DNA of 63,986 bases, the filler included, from Folioceros fuciformis (Eukaryota), in NCBI GenBank assembly GCA_049999805.1. It is 4 parts of 4 records of this genome, joined end to end, with 100 filler letters (N's around TTAATTAATTAA, not from the genome) between each part and the next. Parts side by side here need not be neighbours in the genome. Positions count along the whole stretch, not along the records: positions 30,386 to 59,232 come from JBNGIO010004659.1; 3 more parts are not named here. One strand, 5' to 3'. Made by a program: the position numbers and the translations under genes. Shown here piece by piece: positions 32,365 through 46,200 of this stretch (position 1 is its first letter; every line of letters starts with the position of its first letter). The notes under the pieces were generated by a model. It was given only the letters and a program-made list of their open reading frames with translations, was not told where the DNA came from and ran no database searches.

Positions 32365-34474
32365 CTAATCGATAATATCTTCTGAAAGTGGGGAAATGGA
32401 CGAACCCATAAGATTTGCATTATAAGCTTCAACATGTGCAGCCAAACCTTCGCTCAAGATATAATCTAAAGTAGAAGCAAGTGGCTCGGTTCTCAGCTTG
32501 TCTAGAGTGCTAGTGCAAGATGCACTATCTTGTGACATACCGTCTTCTAAAACAGAAGGATCTAGCTGAGGTATATGAACTACTAAACCATCATTTTCTA
32601 ACTTAGAAGGATCTAGCTGAGGTATATGAACTGCTAAACCATCATTTTCTAACTTAGAATCATGGACTTCTTCACTTGCAGGAATAGGATATACTAAAGT
32701 TGAACCTGCACTCACTTGTAATTCTTGCACCCTCTTTGGAGAAGAATCACACAATTCACATGGTGGAATGGCAAAAAATGTCTTCAATGGCTTTGAAAGC
32801 AAATCACTCATTATATGCACATTATCATTTTGTGACATAGAATCATGGTCTTCTTCATTTGCATGACGAGGAAATCCTAAAGTTGAACCTGCATTTGCTT
32901 GTAATTCTAGCACCCTCTTTTGAGAAGAATCATACAATTCATATGATGGAATGGCAAGAAATGTCTTCATTCGCTCCAAAAACATATCATCCGTTGTAAG
33001 TACATCATCATTTTGTAACTTAGAATCATGGGCTTCTCCACTTGTATGAATAGGGTGTACCAAAGTTGAACATGTGCTTCCTTGTAACTCTTCTACCCAC
33101 TTTGGAGAAGAATCACACGATTCATCTTCTGGAACAGTAGGAAACATCCCCAAAGGCTCCAAAGGGATATGAGACATTGTCATAAGAATATTGTCATTGT
33201 CAACAAGATCTTGAGAAGCTGTATGTACTATATCATCGACTTCAATTGGTTCCAAATAAGCATCCAACTCAGAGTCAGGAATAGAAGGAAAGGTCTTCCA
33301 AGGGATTTCAGAATCAGGTCTTTCAAAATGTAACATAGAAAAGTCGTCATTCTGTAACTTGAAGTGATGGTGATGGTCTTCTTCATTTTTCCCATGAGAA
33401 TATTTTGAAGTTGAATCTATGTTGACTTCAACTTCTTTCATCCCTTGCAACGAAGAACCACACAACTGATGGTCAAATGTAGAAGGGAAGGTCTCCAAAG
33501 GCATATCAGATAAAGAAAAATGGGCATCTTGTGACTTGGAAACAGTGTTTCCTCCACTTGCTTCAATAGGATATTCGGAAGGTAAACATTTGTTGGCTTC
33601 AAATTCTACAGACAATACAATCCAAAATTGGAGGAAAACTTTATAAAGGCCTCATATGAGGGAAAATTACATCATCTTATAACTTAAAACCAAGAACTTC
33701 TTCTTCACCTGTACTAGAAGTGACTTGAATAGTGGAATCCTCGTTACAAGGAAGTTTTTCCAGATTTGTTTGGGATGCAGCAGTCCCTACACTGAGTTCT
33801 TCAGCTGTATTGATTAAAGCATATTGAAGTTACATTGAACTATCCTTAGCAGCACTCGCCTCTTCCGATGAACTATTCTCAAGTACTATATTAGAAGTGC
33901 TTGCAACAACAGACCTATTCTCAAGTACTATATTAGAAGTGCTTGCAATGGCAAACGAAAGAATAGTACCTCGGTTTGCAGCATTACAATGCCTCTTCTT
34001 AGCTTGCATAATCGCATTAGCTTGTGCCTGTGTCGAATGCCCAAAAAGGATGCAAGGGCGGTTGTAAGTTGCACTTGATACCACTTTTCCTTTATGGAAG
34101 ACTGGATGCGGAATTTTCCACTGAAAGGAGTTAATAAACTCATGAGGATACTGTATCTCCGGATAATGCTGCGCCACATAAGCTTTCAGTTGCGTCTTGG
34201 TAAGAAACTCTTGACGATGTTGCTCACATTTGAGAAACCCCATTGGTGCTATAAGAGGCGCTTGTGCAGCATCATAGTTCCCACTGTTTTCAACAATTCT
34301 ACTAGGTTTGTCACGCTGGCTTATAGTCCTCTTCCATACATCATTCTTTCCTGGAAATGGTTGCGGTGCATATGGGAACCCCTCCCACGATTCATTTGGG
34401 AACAATAGAGGCAATTCCTCCTTCGAAGAATCGAAACGAGGTCCAAATTGTCTATTCTTGCGTCGATTCCTCAT
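32365..34474 (-). pseudogene. DUF7081-like (MBD-like) domain fused to acidic repeats, with a premature stop
   Basis: GFPYAP..FP...W...F.TK..L..Y....YP....F..SF.WKIP. The frame continues past TAA (33830-33832) and splices in phase 1 (intron ~33607-33710) into the 416-aa acidic repeat ORF. Confidence 0.6.
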
Positions 34475-35129
34475 GATCAAAGTATAAGTACAACGATAGT
34501 CCTGCATATAACATACACCCACAAGACCATATTAGATTATGCCTCATCAAACACCTTAGGCATTCCAATTCACAAGTAAACATATGAAAACGAGATTAAA
34601 CAAACACTCCTATTTCTTCCAAAGTCTTCAAAAAAAAGACAATAGTCTAGAACTGATCAAATGTTAGCAATATAACCGAAGATAAATATGCATAGATCAT
34701 TCAATGAGAAAGATGCATACGATCAATCAACACACCAATACATCAATATACACTAAAGAAAATCCACTATCTACATCCTATATGTCATGCACAAAGAATA
34801 ATACCTTCCCAGGGCCTCAAACAGCTATCATACCTATAGTCTTGCACCACATATATAGAACAAAACACAACTTTTTTTCGACTACTAAGTATTAGAACCC
34901 GATCATCTTCTTCAAATAATCAAAAGTATATGAAAATATAAAATGAATTCGAACAATCAGTCATGACTTAATCAACATTATAATTGTATGATCATAATTC
35001 CATCTCTTGTATGTTAGAAAAACTACAAGCACTCCTCGAATGTAGGTTTCCAGACAAAGACTTATTAAAAGACATGATGGAAAAATCCGTATGCTCGAAA
35101 AAGACTAAATAGAATTATAAAGGCAAATG

Positions 35130-35375
35130 GGCAAAAGAGGACTAGCCTCCTCGCTACCAGACACAGGCGATCGTTACCAGACATGGACGAAAGAGGACTA
35201 GCCTCCTTGCTACCAGACATGGGCGAAAGAGGACTAGCCTCCTTGCTACCAGACACAAAACTAGCCTCCTCGCTACCAGACACAAAACTAGCCTCCTCGC
35301 TACGAGACAAAAAACTAGCCTCCTCGCTACCAGACACAAAACTAGCCTCCTCGCTACCATACACAAAACTACTGA
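35130..35375. repeat. Tandem array of ~30-36-bp units (ACTAGCCTCCTCGCTACCAGACACAAA core), ~7 copies
   Basis: Directly visible repeats. Confidence 0.9.
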
Positions 35376-35489
35376 TAGCTAGTGATCTAAGTTTTACTTA
35401 CCAGTAGAGTTCTTTTGATACGGCAATACCCTACTATTGATAGCTAGTAATCTAAGTTTTGCTTACCAGTAGAGTTCCTGACATGCAAT

Positions 35490-35570
35490 ATCCTTTGCAC
35501 TTGCACTTGCCTGCTCTTCCTTTGCACTTGCACTTGCCTGCTCTTCCTTTGCACTTGCACTTGCACTTGT
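35490..35570. repeat. 27-bp tandem repeat built on TTGCAC hexamers
   Basis: CCTTTGCACTTGCACTTGCCTGCTCTT twice plus a partial copy. Confidence 0.9.
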
Positions 35571-36745
35571 TTATGCAAAGAATGTTAGCATGTAGGCGTT
35601 CTCTAAACAATGTTTTCAACCTCTCACTATTCAAGTTATGTAAACATCATTTGCCATTGTCCTTTTCAAATAGCTAAAGACAACCACCGTCAAAAGGGGG
35701 CAACAATATGGGATAATAATTAGAACTTCATTACCTTCTTCTAATAATCACATGTGTATGAAAATATAAAATGAACTTAATTTTTCGATCATATCTTAAT
35801 TAACATTATAAATATCTCTCATATCATTGTTCTTTTGATAATGATGTTAAATCTCTAGATGAAATAGTTCACATATAACAAAGTAATATAATATGATGTC
35901 TAGAATGACTTTTGAAACGAGTTGAAAAGGTTAGCTACTGTTGCTTGTAGCCCATCTCCATACTTCTAGAAGGTCTAGAACCACATCTTATTTAAGTTAA
36001 TTAACAAATTATGATTATCTAATCTCTCGTAAGAATGAGCTATGGTGTACCAACCTTCTAAAGGTGGCTACTCTGGCGTCCATCCATATTGAGACCTTGA
36101 GGGTGGTTAAAAACAGGAGTTACTGTGAAGGACTTGTAATCTTCCTCAATAGGAGGTTAGCTTTGTGAAAATCCACAATGTCTCTCAACATGCCACTTCG
36201 GTACCAGAGATGGTTTCAGCGTGTGGAAATTTCAGATGGTGCGAGCACGTAGGATGTCTTTGCCCTTAGTCTGCCCTCCAGGATGGACTCTCCCGGGCAA
36301 TCCCAACTCACCCCAAAGGAAGGCAGTCACCAAGAAGTCATTCACAAAGGAAGCTACCTGTTGAGGGTACACCAGCGACCTCTGTCGTGAAGCACTGGGC
36401 CGGAATTCCGCAAAGTTTTGGCCCTGGCTCTGACAGAAACAACGGATGCTCTGCAGTTGGTCACAGTAGCACAACGGTGAACGCTTTGCTTTCATTACTT
36501 GGCCCAGTTCCTCACTGAGAAGGATACAGCTGGAGCATCCTGGACATTGTGTGTGTCCACAGAACCTTTTCAGACCTACTGCCTGGAGCATACCACGACA
36601 GGGCGATACCTATCATCACATAAAACGCTTGAAGTGGTGGATGGAGAACACCGGGCCAACAGATCTGCTCAATCGATGGAGAACAGGTGGCCCACAGATC
36701 TACCAATACTGCTTTCGACTTGCAAGCTTTCCTACGTAGTTTCTT

Positions 36746-39700
36746 TTAGCTTTCAGTAGGGTCGAATCCTGAATAGATGATTCTTGCAGGGACATCGACC
36801 GCTGGAAACGATTGCTTGGTGATGGTAAGAGTTGGTCGCAACGGGGTAGGAGGGCCAGGGTGTGGAGGCCTGGGAGGCCGACGAAGGGCTTTTTTTTTTT
36901 TTTTTTTTTTTTTTATAGGACCCGAGGACGTTATCGTCTTGGTTGCATCCGGTATCATGGGGGGACTTCGTGACGGGAGGCTGAACGCGCTTTCTGGACT
37001 GCAAACAGGAGCTGCGTTTGGGGACAGCTCCGGACTTCCTGTCCCGGCGCTTGACGTGGGAGATGAGGGGTTAGGCAACGCCAGGTTGCAAATGCCCAGT
37101 GCATTGCAAGTGGTCGGTGCAGTAGCATGCGTCCGAGTCGGTCGCTGGGTTTCCAACGTCTCCGGGCCTGCAGCTGAGTCCTCTGGGCTGCTGGTCGTGA
37201 GGCCTTCTTCGGGTACTTCGGGAATGGTGTTCTCTGATGGATTTTTGCGGGTCTTCACGAGCACGTTACCTGATCTAAGTTTCGCGGCTGCTCCATCAAT
37301 GAGGACCACACTTTGAGACTTGCCCATCCCACAGCTAAGGTTGGAGACCAGCGGGTTGTCGAAAGTTTCAGATTCAATGTCGAAGTCCAGGGATTGCCTC
37401 AGTCCGGAAAGGGATTGCACCAGCTGCTCCATCCAGGATGCCACTTGCCTCATTGTTGGCCTCTCCTTCTGTGACTCACGCACGCAGATCTCAGCAATAT
37501 TGGCCAGCTTGCAAATGGACTCCGTTTGCCGACGGTCTCCCTCCAGGATGCGGGGATCCAGAATTGCGGAATCCAGAATCTCGCCATCCTGTATTAAGGA
37601 TCTGGGATTTGAGCACCAACGGATGGAGCTGGTCAATCAGGACTCACCTCCAAGAGCAGGAGTAGGAAGAGGAGGGAGGCTTTGGCAATGGGAAGAGGTT
37701 CCTCACCTGCATCTGCTCACCAGGTTGGCGTCCCCATCCGGGTGCTGCTGCCTGTCAATGGCCTTCTGGCCTGTGAGCAACTCCAGCAAGACTACTCCGA
37801 ACCCGTACACATCGCTCTTGAGGGACAGATGGTAGGTGCGGAAGTACTCTGGATCCCAATAGCCTGGCGTGCCCTTAGGATCGGTGAAGACATGTGTCTG
37901 CTGGTCGTGCGGCCCCAGCCGAGAGATGCCGAAGTCAGACAGCTTGGCGTTCCACTCCATGTCCAGAAGGATGTTGGAGGATTTCACATCCCGATGGATC
38001 ACCGGCGGGACCATGCAGTGTAAGTACTCCAATCCCTTGGCAGTTTGTGCTGCGCGAGCAAGGGATCACAGCATCCAAGTTACAGTACAGTGGTTGCAAA
38101 CGGGCTCATCTACCAGGGCGGAGCGCACATGTCGCGAGATGAGTTTCAGGGTTTGAACACACACCTGCCACCCGCAACCGCACAGACCAGGAGGACACCA
38201 GCTGGCTCAGATGCTGCACTGTGCTGCTCTCTAGAGTGTCACCCTTGCCATGCAGATGGTCGTATAGAGTGCCATTCTCCACGTAGTCGAAGACAAGCAA
38301 CCGCCGGTCCTGAATGATTCCCCGCTCCTGTTTCTCAAGACTTCCTTCCGAGCCGGGGAGGGCTGTCGCATGGTGCTGTGCGTACTTGTAGCTGCTCCAG
38401 GGAACCAGGCATGCTTCCAAACTTCAGTCAGATGCATGCAAGTCGAGGCAAACGTAACTCGCAAGGAAAAAGGCAGGCTAAGTTGCAGACTGTCTTCCAG
38501 TATTACTGAGCCTCACCTGTGAATGGCATACTTGATGGCACAACGAATGCCGTGAGGCGACACCCTGAACTTCGCTTCCGGCCCTCTCTCATGGCAGAAC
38601 CCCACAAGATTGACCAGGTTGGGATGGTGCAGACGCGCCAGGAGCTTCAGCTCGCTGTCGAAATCCACAAATCGATTATGCATGGAGGTTGCGGGTTTGT
38701 GCTCCAGTCTCTTCACCGCAACCAGCCTTGTGACAGGGCAACGCACCATGCCCTTGAACACATGGCCGTAGCTGCCCTTGCCAACCAGATTTTTATCACA
38801 GAACCCTTCCGTGGCCATCTGTAACTGCCTGTATGTGAACTCTGTGACCTGCATTCCATATCACATGGCTTTGCGTCTAGATACCAATGCTTTGTTCACA
38901 ACGCTTAGTCTGACATAGGTACCTCAACAACCAAATCCAACAAACCTTCAAGTGTTCCTGCTCGTGGAAATGCTGAACAGAGCGGACCAATTTGTGGCCT
39001 TTGATTTCCAGTCGTGACAAGATGTAAATGAGCTGCAGCAGCACAAGTACGAACGTGACGCCGAGCAGACAAGCCAAGGTGCGAACCTTGCTCGTATCCT
39101 TGCCGTATTTTCGATCAGGGGATGCATCGTCCCCGCCCTTCTTGGACGTTTCATTGTTGCTTTCATGCTCACGGAAAATATGGCTGCTCGCATCGTCCGC
39201 ACAAGTTTCGCAGCTTATGCAGAGCCCCAGATTATTACTCCCGCAGGAGCCATCCTGGGGGTACCTGTCGGACCCGCATATCCGACATCTGGGCGCCCCC
39301 TCTCCCAAGCAGTAAGCCCTGAGAACGGAGTTGTCGCCTATCGTGTCGGCTACCACGCATACGAACGTGTCGCCAGTAGATGCAGCTCGGATTTCGTGAG
39401 CTGCGGGGATTGGGAACTGGAACCCCAGTCCCTCGACTTTCCGATCCGACCAGCACTGCAGCCTGCTGTCATTGTATCTGATCCCGCAGCTGAAATCCAT
39501 CCCTGTATAATGATTTCAAGCAAGACGGAACAACAGAGAGGGTCCAACTCTGTCAGTAGCTGCCTTGAGCAGACTGAAAGAGAAGTTGAAGTTGGGTTTT
39601 TCTTCCAACACACCTGAAACAAGCATCCTGAATCCAGCATCAGGTGGGTTGGGCAGGGGAAATGGGCTGGTGGTGACTGCTCCCCAGCACATCGGCTGCC

Positions 39701-40649
39701 GCGTGGGCTTGATACTGTCGCCTTCTTGGTACGAGTAGGCAAGGAGCACGCACACATGGGAATCCCCGGCGGATATGGCAGAGAAGGTGTAATCATGGAG
39801 CGTCTCTCGGAAATCGGATGTGAGGATGGTGCTCCCGCCTGCTGGATCCACGGCTTCAAAGCCAGCTGAACGTGAAATCTCCCGCGGGATTTCTCCCCAG
39901 CAAACCAGTGAGGTTTGGTTCAGGGCGGGGATTCCGCAGGTGAAGTTGTTCCCAACAGCAATGGTTGCGTAGGAACCCAGAGGATAGATGGGAGGAGGCT
40001 GAGCCTGCTTTGAAAGTGTCGTATAATTCAGCTCCGGAATCCAACACAGGACATTGCCGGTATGCCAAGGCTCTGCACCACCATCAACAAGCACCAAGAT
40101 TAAAACCGGAGTAAAGCTTGCTAAGGAGTTGAAGCTTCAAGGTGCACCACGCGTGCAAAGCAACATCTCACCGCTGGAGTTGGAGACGCGGACGATTCCG
40201 CAAACGTGAGAAGCCCCAGCGGCCAGAGTAGAGAACGCGACGTTTCTGTATTCTGTCGGCAAGGGAATCTCGAGAGAGACATTTTCGGCACTCCAGCAAG
40301 CAACAACTCTTGTGAGGCTAGACGTAGCTTCGCTGGAATTGCTCCACAGACCACAGAAAAAGGAAGCACCCGCTACAAGTTCAAAGGAGGGGCCGTATTG
40401 AACACCTGGTACTGTGACCAGACTCGAATCCTGCCCCCAACATTGCACAGATTGGTGTCCGTCAGCAGCTGCTACTGCACAAGCTACCCCTGTGGCGTAC
40501 GAAGATGCTATTGTGGATATGGGAGGCTGGGCTGATTGGCTGTGAATGGTTCGGAGCAGGAAGATGGCAAAAAGCAGGCATCCATGTTGAGATTGTCCAG
40601 GCAGAATGCGGTTGAGCTTTACACTGTATACGTAAGAAGATGGGACCAT
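36746..40649 (-). CDS. CRINKLY4/CCR-like receptor kinase (crinkly/RCC1-like repeats, TNFR-like Cys region, TM, RD kinase), multi-exon
   Basis: Repeated (A/S)G..(F/H).CG...CW units; CRICGSDRYPQDGSC...CISCETC; TM LACLLGVTFVLVLLQLIYIL; GKGSYG, VAVK, HRDVKSSN, SDFG, GTPGYWDPEY. Confidence 0.85.
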
Positions 40650-43221
40650 GGCGATGATCTACAGGCAAACAGAACGAGAGTTACTGACTTGTTCGGAACT
40701 CCATAACCAGTTTGATCCATTCAGAACACTAGGCAGAACCTGTCGTCTAGGCCCGCTTGAGATTGGGTGAACTTCTGCTGAGGACAAGGAACTCGCGTCA
40801 ACCGTAACCAACAAGGACTCAGCTGCTCTTCTAGTATATGCACGTGCATCAAAATGATTGAGAATGAGCTGCCTCAACTATCCACCTCGTCTTCAGAATC
40901 TAGCCACTTCCAGTACACCCCGGCTAGCACGACCGGCATGAACGCTCTCGCCCTCCTAGGAACACGTCAAGAGACAGAAATGTATTGAAAGCTGCAGTAG
41001 AGATGTTCTTCATGATACAGATCAACGAAACGAGGGACAGACGGTGTGTATCAAATTTTGGAATCCAAAAGGTTGCAGAGTTTCAAATATGTGCATCTGT
41101 GCCAGATGCAGGCGCAGGTCCCACATACCCTCGCCCGCAAAAGGCGAAATAATATCCGGCAAAGCTGCTGCAAACGGCCATCACGGTGGGTAGTCACTCC
41201 ATGTCTCCAACCTGGCTCACACAGTAATCTGCATACTTGGTCAGCGAAAGGACAAACCGAGGCCGGCAAAACTTGGCGATGCATGCATCAGGTAGAGTTA
41301 AAAGAGACCAAGTTCACCTCCCTTGCCCAGGTCGCAGACGCTCTTGGTCTTAGGCAACAAAGCCGTTACACTCGTGGAGAAACACGCAGGGGAGGATCAA
41401 GGCCTGTTGCATGCACAAATACCGCTTTCAGCACTTCACAATTCGCAGGAACGCGTTGGAAGTATCGAGCACTTCCTTCCAATGGAGCTCCGCTTATCCA
41501 AAGAAGACGGCCAGCTTATCCATCCCATCTTCCTGAGAAGCATAAGCTGCCCTTTGTTCAATTGTGGCTGTTCTGGCTGGCATACTCCTGAGCTCTGACT
41601 TCAATACACAGCGTTCGGCTCTTCAGGAAATTTAAAGCAGCCTGGCTGATTCCACAGAACAGACTGAAAACTGTCCAGAAGTCGTGAGGTTGCAAGTCGC
41701 TACCTCCAGACTGGCCGATTCCGCTGCTCCTGCTGTCGGTGAGAGGCGATCAGAATTCTAACAGTGTTGCGTCGTGTCGTGATTCTTCTCCGCCGTAGTT
41801 CAAATCACAGATCTAGATCAACCGACATTTAACACAGGAATAGACTACACTCAAGGGCCTTCCGTGGCAAATGACACCCGCTACCAGAAGATGCAGCAGG
41901 CAAGGCACGGAGATCGACTTGTTTCCATATCGAGAACAGAAGTGGTTGCCTGACTTCACTTTCCCGCTGAAAGTTTAACTGTCGCTAATAACTACATCAA
42001 TCGTAATATCAAATATGAGAACGCTTCCTGACACCTTCAGCGACTTACGCTTTGTATCAGGAGCGATGAACACTCACGCAATGCATTTGCGCCAGGCTCA
42101 TGAACGGCCTGGAGAAGAAAGGTGATCAATTTAGTGTTGCATTCTGCAATGTCAGGCTCAGCCTGTTGAAGCATCCCGTCAATACCAGACAAAAATCATT
42201 CCTGAACCAGAGGCCAAGCCGCAGCAGCTACACATTTTAGCTGCCTTTATGTTTCACTTAGTGACTCCACAAGCATGCACTCCATCCGTCTTAATTCACG
42301 ATGTTGGCCTCGAGCTGAAACCCGTTTCGTATTGTAGTCCTTTGCACAATGGAAAGGCTTATTCCACAACACGCAAAGCGCCTTGTGATGCCTGCCTTGT
42401 GATGATCTTCAAGCTCTCCACCACTCCCCTTCACTACCTGAAAACACAAAGACGTGTGAAAGGAAGCTGCAGAACTCGAAGGTGCTAACGTTTGCCGATC
42501 TAAGCAGCATCTTTCGGATTAAGCAACATCTTGCACTCAGATCCATACTTAGATGGGTTACCTAAGTAGAAGAAGGCCCTTTTTGAGCAAATAGCTGGAT
42601 AATTCTATGATGGAAGTTGTTAAATACCTAATCCATTCAAGTACCTAGTACCAAGTCCCATGTTAAGTACGGAGTCCAATGACTAGAAATATTTGTCTTT
42701 AGTGGAATAAAATTAAATTCTTCATTGTTTTTGAACTCCCGAAGTCCAACCACCTGGTTTTTCTCGTTTTATGCCATTGTTCCAACCCTCCGAGGTTCCG
42801 AAGCAAGGTTGTGCGTGGCCGGCAAGTGCTTTGAGAGGCTGAAGTCATGATGTTCATTATGTACGTATTTTTGTTGTACGGAGTAGCGGCTAAATTCCAC
42901 AGAAACTGTTGGATGTGTAGACAGTGCGCCTTGAGAAGCGCAGGTGCCGCCACTTGGAGGCCTCCTGGGCGATGGCAATGGCGTGCCCGAAGTTTGGCAG
43001 AGGGTGCTGCTGGCTACAGATCTCCTCGCTCGCAATTGCCGCCGCGATTCCCTGGCCTCCTCTAGGGACCCAGCGCCGGCGCTGTGCATTAGCGAAAGGA
43101 AGCCTGCCCCCTGGGCCTCACCGGCTCCACTGGAAGCATCCTTTCTTGGCCTGCGTCTCTCGGGACGCGCTTTGCATGCAGGAAGCATTCTCATGGAAGG
43201 CAAGATAGGTGGATGTGGGAG

Positions 43222-46200
43222 ATGGCTGCCTCGCTCATCGTCCTCCTGTTGCTCGCCTCGTTCGCTCTCCCGGCGCGCAGTGTCCATGGGAGCGTTGATG
43301 CATCGCCACTGCAACGCCGATTCGCCCGACTCCCGGTCCGCAGACATGATGAACACGATCATGGAGGAGGGATGCCCCTGGGGCGTGCCCATTTCCTGGA
43401 CACCGGAACTGCCTACGCCATCTCACAAGAGGGGGCGAGCGTGAGGACGCGGCGGCAGCGAGTGCTTGTGGACGACGGTGGTTCTGGATCCGGTTCTCCG
43501 GGCAGTACCAATTTCTCCTTCAGACGAGGAGTAGAAGGGAGGGTCATGGGGACACCCATCACCGTCTACCTCATCTGGTACGGGACGTGGGAGGAGCCCA
43601 GCAAAGCAGTCGTCAGAACTGCCTTCCGATCCCTGACCCCAGACAGTGTCACCCAGAATCACACGTCCGGGCCTGACGCAGATCTCCCGACGCTGGAGAG
43701 GTGGTGGGAGATCGTTCGGCAGTACCAGGGTCCTGACCACGTGCCTGTAACAAACAACGTGACGCTGGGTGCGGAGTGCGTGTACAACGAGAGTGGAAGT
43801 GGGGGCAACGTCACCGATGCCAATGTGACCGCCGTGGTTGCCCTGGCATTCCAGAGCCCCGGCAGCCTCAACTGCACTCTGCCTCAGCAGGAGGATGCTG
43901 TCTACTACATCGTGTTCAGCCGAGATATGCAGTTCGCGTACGACGCCCTGGGGGGTGCTCTTTCCTGCTCCTGCTCCGGGGCGTACACGTTGTGGCTGGA
44001 CCAGGGCCCGCGGCTCAGGCTGCTGTGGAGCAAGATGCCGGCGGTGGGCGATTTCTGCAACTTTTGGAGCCAGTGGCAAGCGCTGCTGAGTCCGCCCAAT
44101 GCGGATTCGGGGCTGGACACTCTCGTGTCGAGCATGTTGGGACAGCTGGCCGAGACGGCAACAGCCTTCGACGGGGAAGGATGGCTCACCCAGGACAATC
44201 GCACTATCCGTCAGGTGTGCCCCTGGCCCATCATCAACCCGGACCCGAGCTCACGCCCCGTGGTGGATGACAACCAGGTGAGCTTCAATCTGGTGGGCAT
44301 CCACGGATCCCGCTTCCTGGTGCAGCAGCTGTGGAGCGTGGAACACGGGAATTGCATGCTGCAGATGCTTCCAGGTAGTCGATTCATCGAGAAGGTTGGT
44401 TGGAGAGAGTGCTTGAAATGATGAATCATGTTGTTGCAGTGCAGAGGTGTTATGGATGTCACCAGGCTACCAGATTGTGGTGCTAGTAAGCGCGTTCATG
44501 TGAGACCCTGACGGAGGTATGTTGGGATTAATTCAGATGCGTGCGACGGGACGGTGATCGTAACAGACGCTCAGAGAACCATCCAGAAAGGGCTCATCGT
44601 GGCCGGCAAGTTCGGCCTCCAGCCTTACAGCCCCAACCTCAGGTGCAGCTGGATCGTCAACGTGACCCAAGCCAAATTCATCCACTTCTGGTTGGACTTC
44701 CTTGCGGTGCCGCCCGATAACCCTGTGAACATCCTTTCGGATACTGCCTCCTGCTCGGACAACCCCAACAACTTGGGTCACCGTGAGGCAAATTTGCTGT
44801 CCAACGCGGCCTCGTGGACGGCAGGACAGCATTCAAGGAAGCTGCTTGCTTTTGCTGATCAACTGAATGCAACATCACCATTCGCAAGCGGTTGCTCCTC
44901 CCAGTTTGGGGGGTTTCTCTACGACCAACGTCCCGTGGATGCTGTGGTCGAAGACAACGCTATGCTCATCACTTTCAACAGCCGGAGCGTTGTGAGCCCC
45001 AGGGCCAACGGCTTCATCCTCAAGTATGAAGCTGGTAAAGAATGTTGTGGTCTACATTTCCGCTGCATGTAACCTGCTACTGCTCCATCATGTCCTAGTA
45101 CTTACACTATCACGAGCCATGATACATTTTGATGATAGGTTTCTGCCAAGGGCAAGAGGTCATCAACAGCAAAACAGGCAATATCTCCGACGGCAGCCCT
45201 GATGGACAAGTCTATGGCAGGGGGCTCTTCTGCAGCTGGCTACTTCTTGGCAAGCCACACACACCTGTGCTTCTGAGATTCAGCAGAATCAACACATCGA
45301 GCAGCAAGGACACTGTGGCTGTTTACAGTGGACGCGCCATCATCCCGTCTTCCACGCCCATCCAGACCTTCTCGGGCAACTTCACTAATCCGCCTCCTCA
45401 GGTCCGGCTCAGCCTTCAAATGTCGCTGCGCATGCTCCTTCCGACCATGGATGATGATGAATGGCTAGCCATGACCTCTGAGTGTGTGTGCATGTGCTGT
45501 GGCTACAGATCGCGACAGAGGGCCCCATGCTGGTGGTCTTCTCCACGAAAACAGGAGGCGGCTTAGGCTGGGAGGCAAGCTTCGTGATCTCCAGCCCTGA
45601 CAAACTCCCTGGAAGGCACCACACCAGCAGAGAAGCCCTGATTGCAGGCATAACGGCATCCATCTTGGGCGTGGCCTTTGTGCTGGTTGTGGGGACGGTG
45701 CTGTGCTGCTCCAACCGAAGGATACAACAGAGGGGCCATGTCAAGTGTTCAGTGGGACGGTTGGGCATAGGCAGAGAAACACTCTTCCTGCTCAACCGCA
45801 ACAAGAGGAGCGTTTTCCCTGTGGCCGAGATCTCTAGGGCTACTGGCGGATTCAACCAGGCCAACCTGTTGTCCCGCGGGCGTGCTGGGCAGATGTACAG
45901 GGGCGTGTTGGCAGATGGCAGACTGGTGACGGTGAAACAGTCGCCGTCCATGGACTTCAATTCCGCCAACCGGGAGCTGGAAGTTCTGGCGGGCTTGAAG
46001 CACAGCAACGTGGTGCAGCTGGTGGGATACTCCCCGGACCCCATTGGCAGGCTCCTCGTGTTCCATCACCCGGAGAACGGGAGCTTGAGGGACGCTCTTA
46101 TCGGGCCCCTGAGTCAAAGAGAGCCCATCACCGGCTCTCAAGGCCGGAACTCCAAGTTGCTGCTCAGCTGGGAGCTGAGACTAAACATTGCCCTCGAGGT

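Noticed and set aside
35130-35375. CRISPR-like appearance of regular ~30-bp repeats, and the ORFs spanning them
   Set aside because: No unique spacers, no cas genes, eukaryotic context. The ORFs are translations of the tandem repeat.
41046-41598. ORFs between the two receptor kinases
   Set aside because: Non-ATG starts, no recognisable domain or signal peptide; cannot support a third component or peptide ligand.
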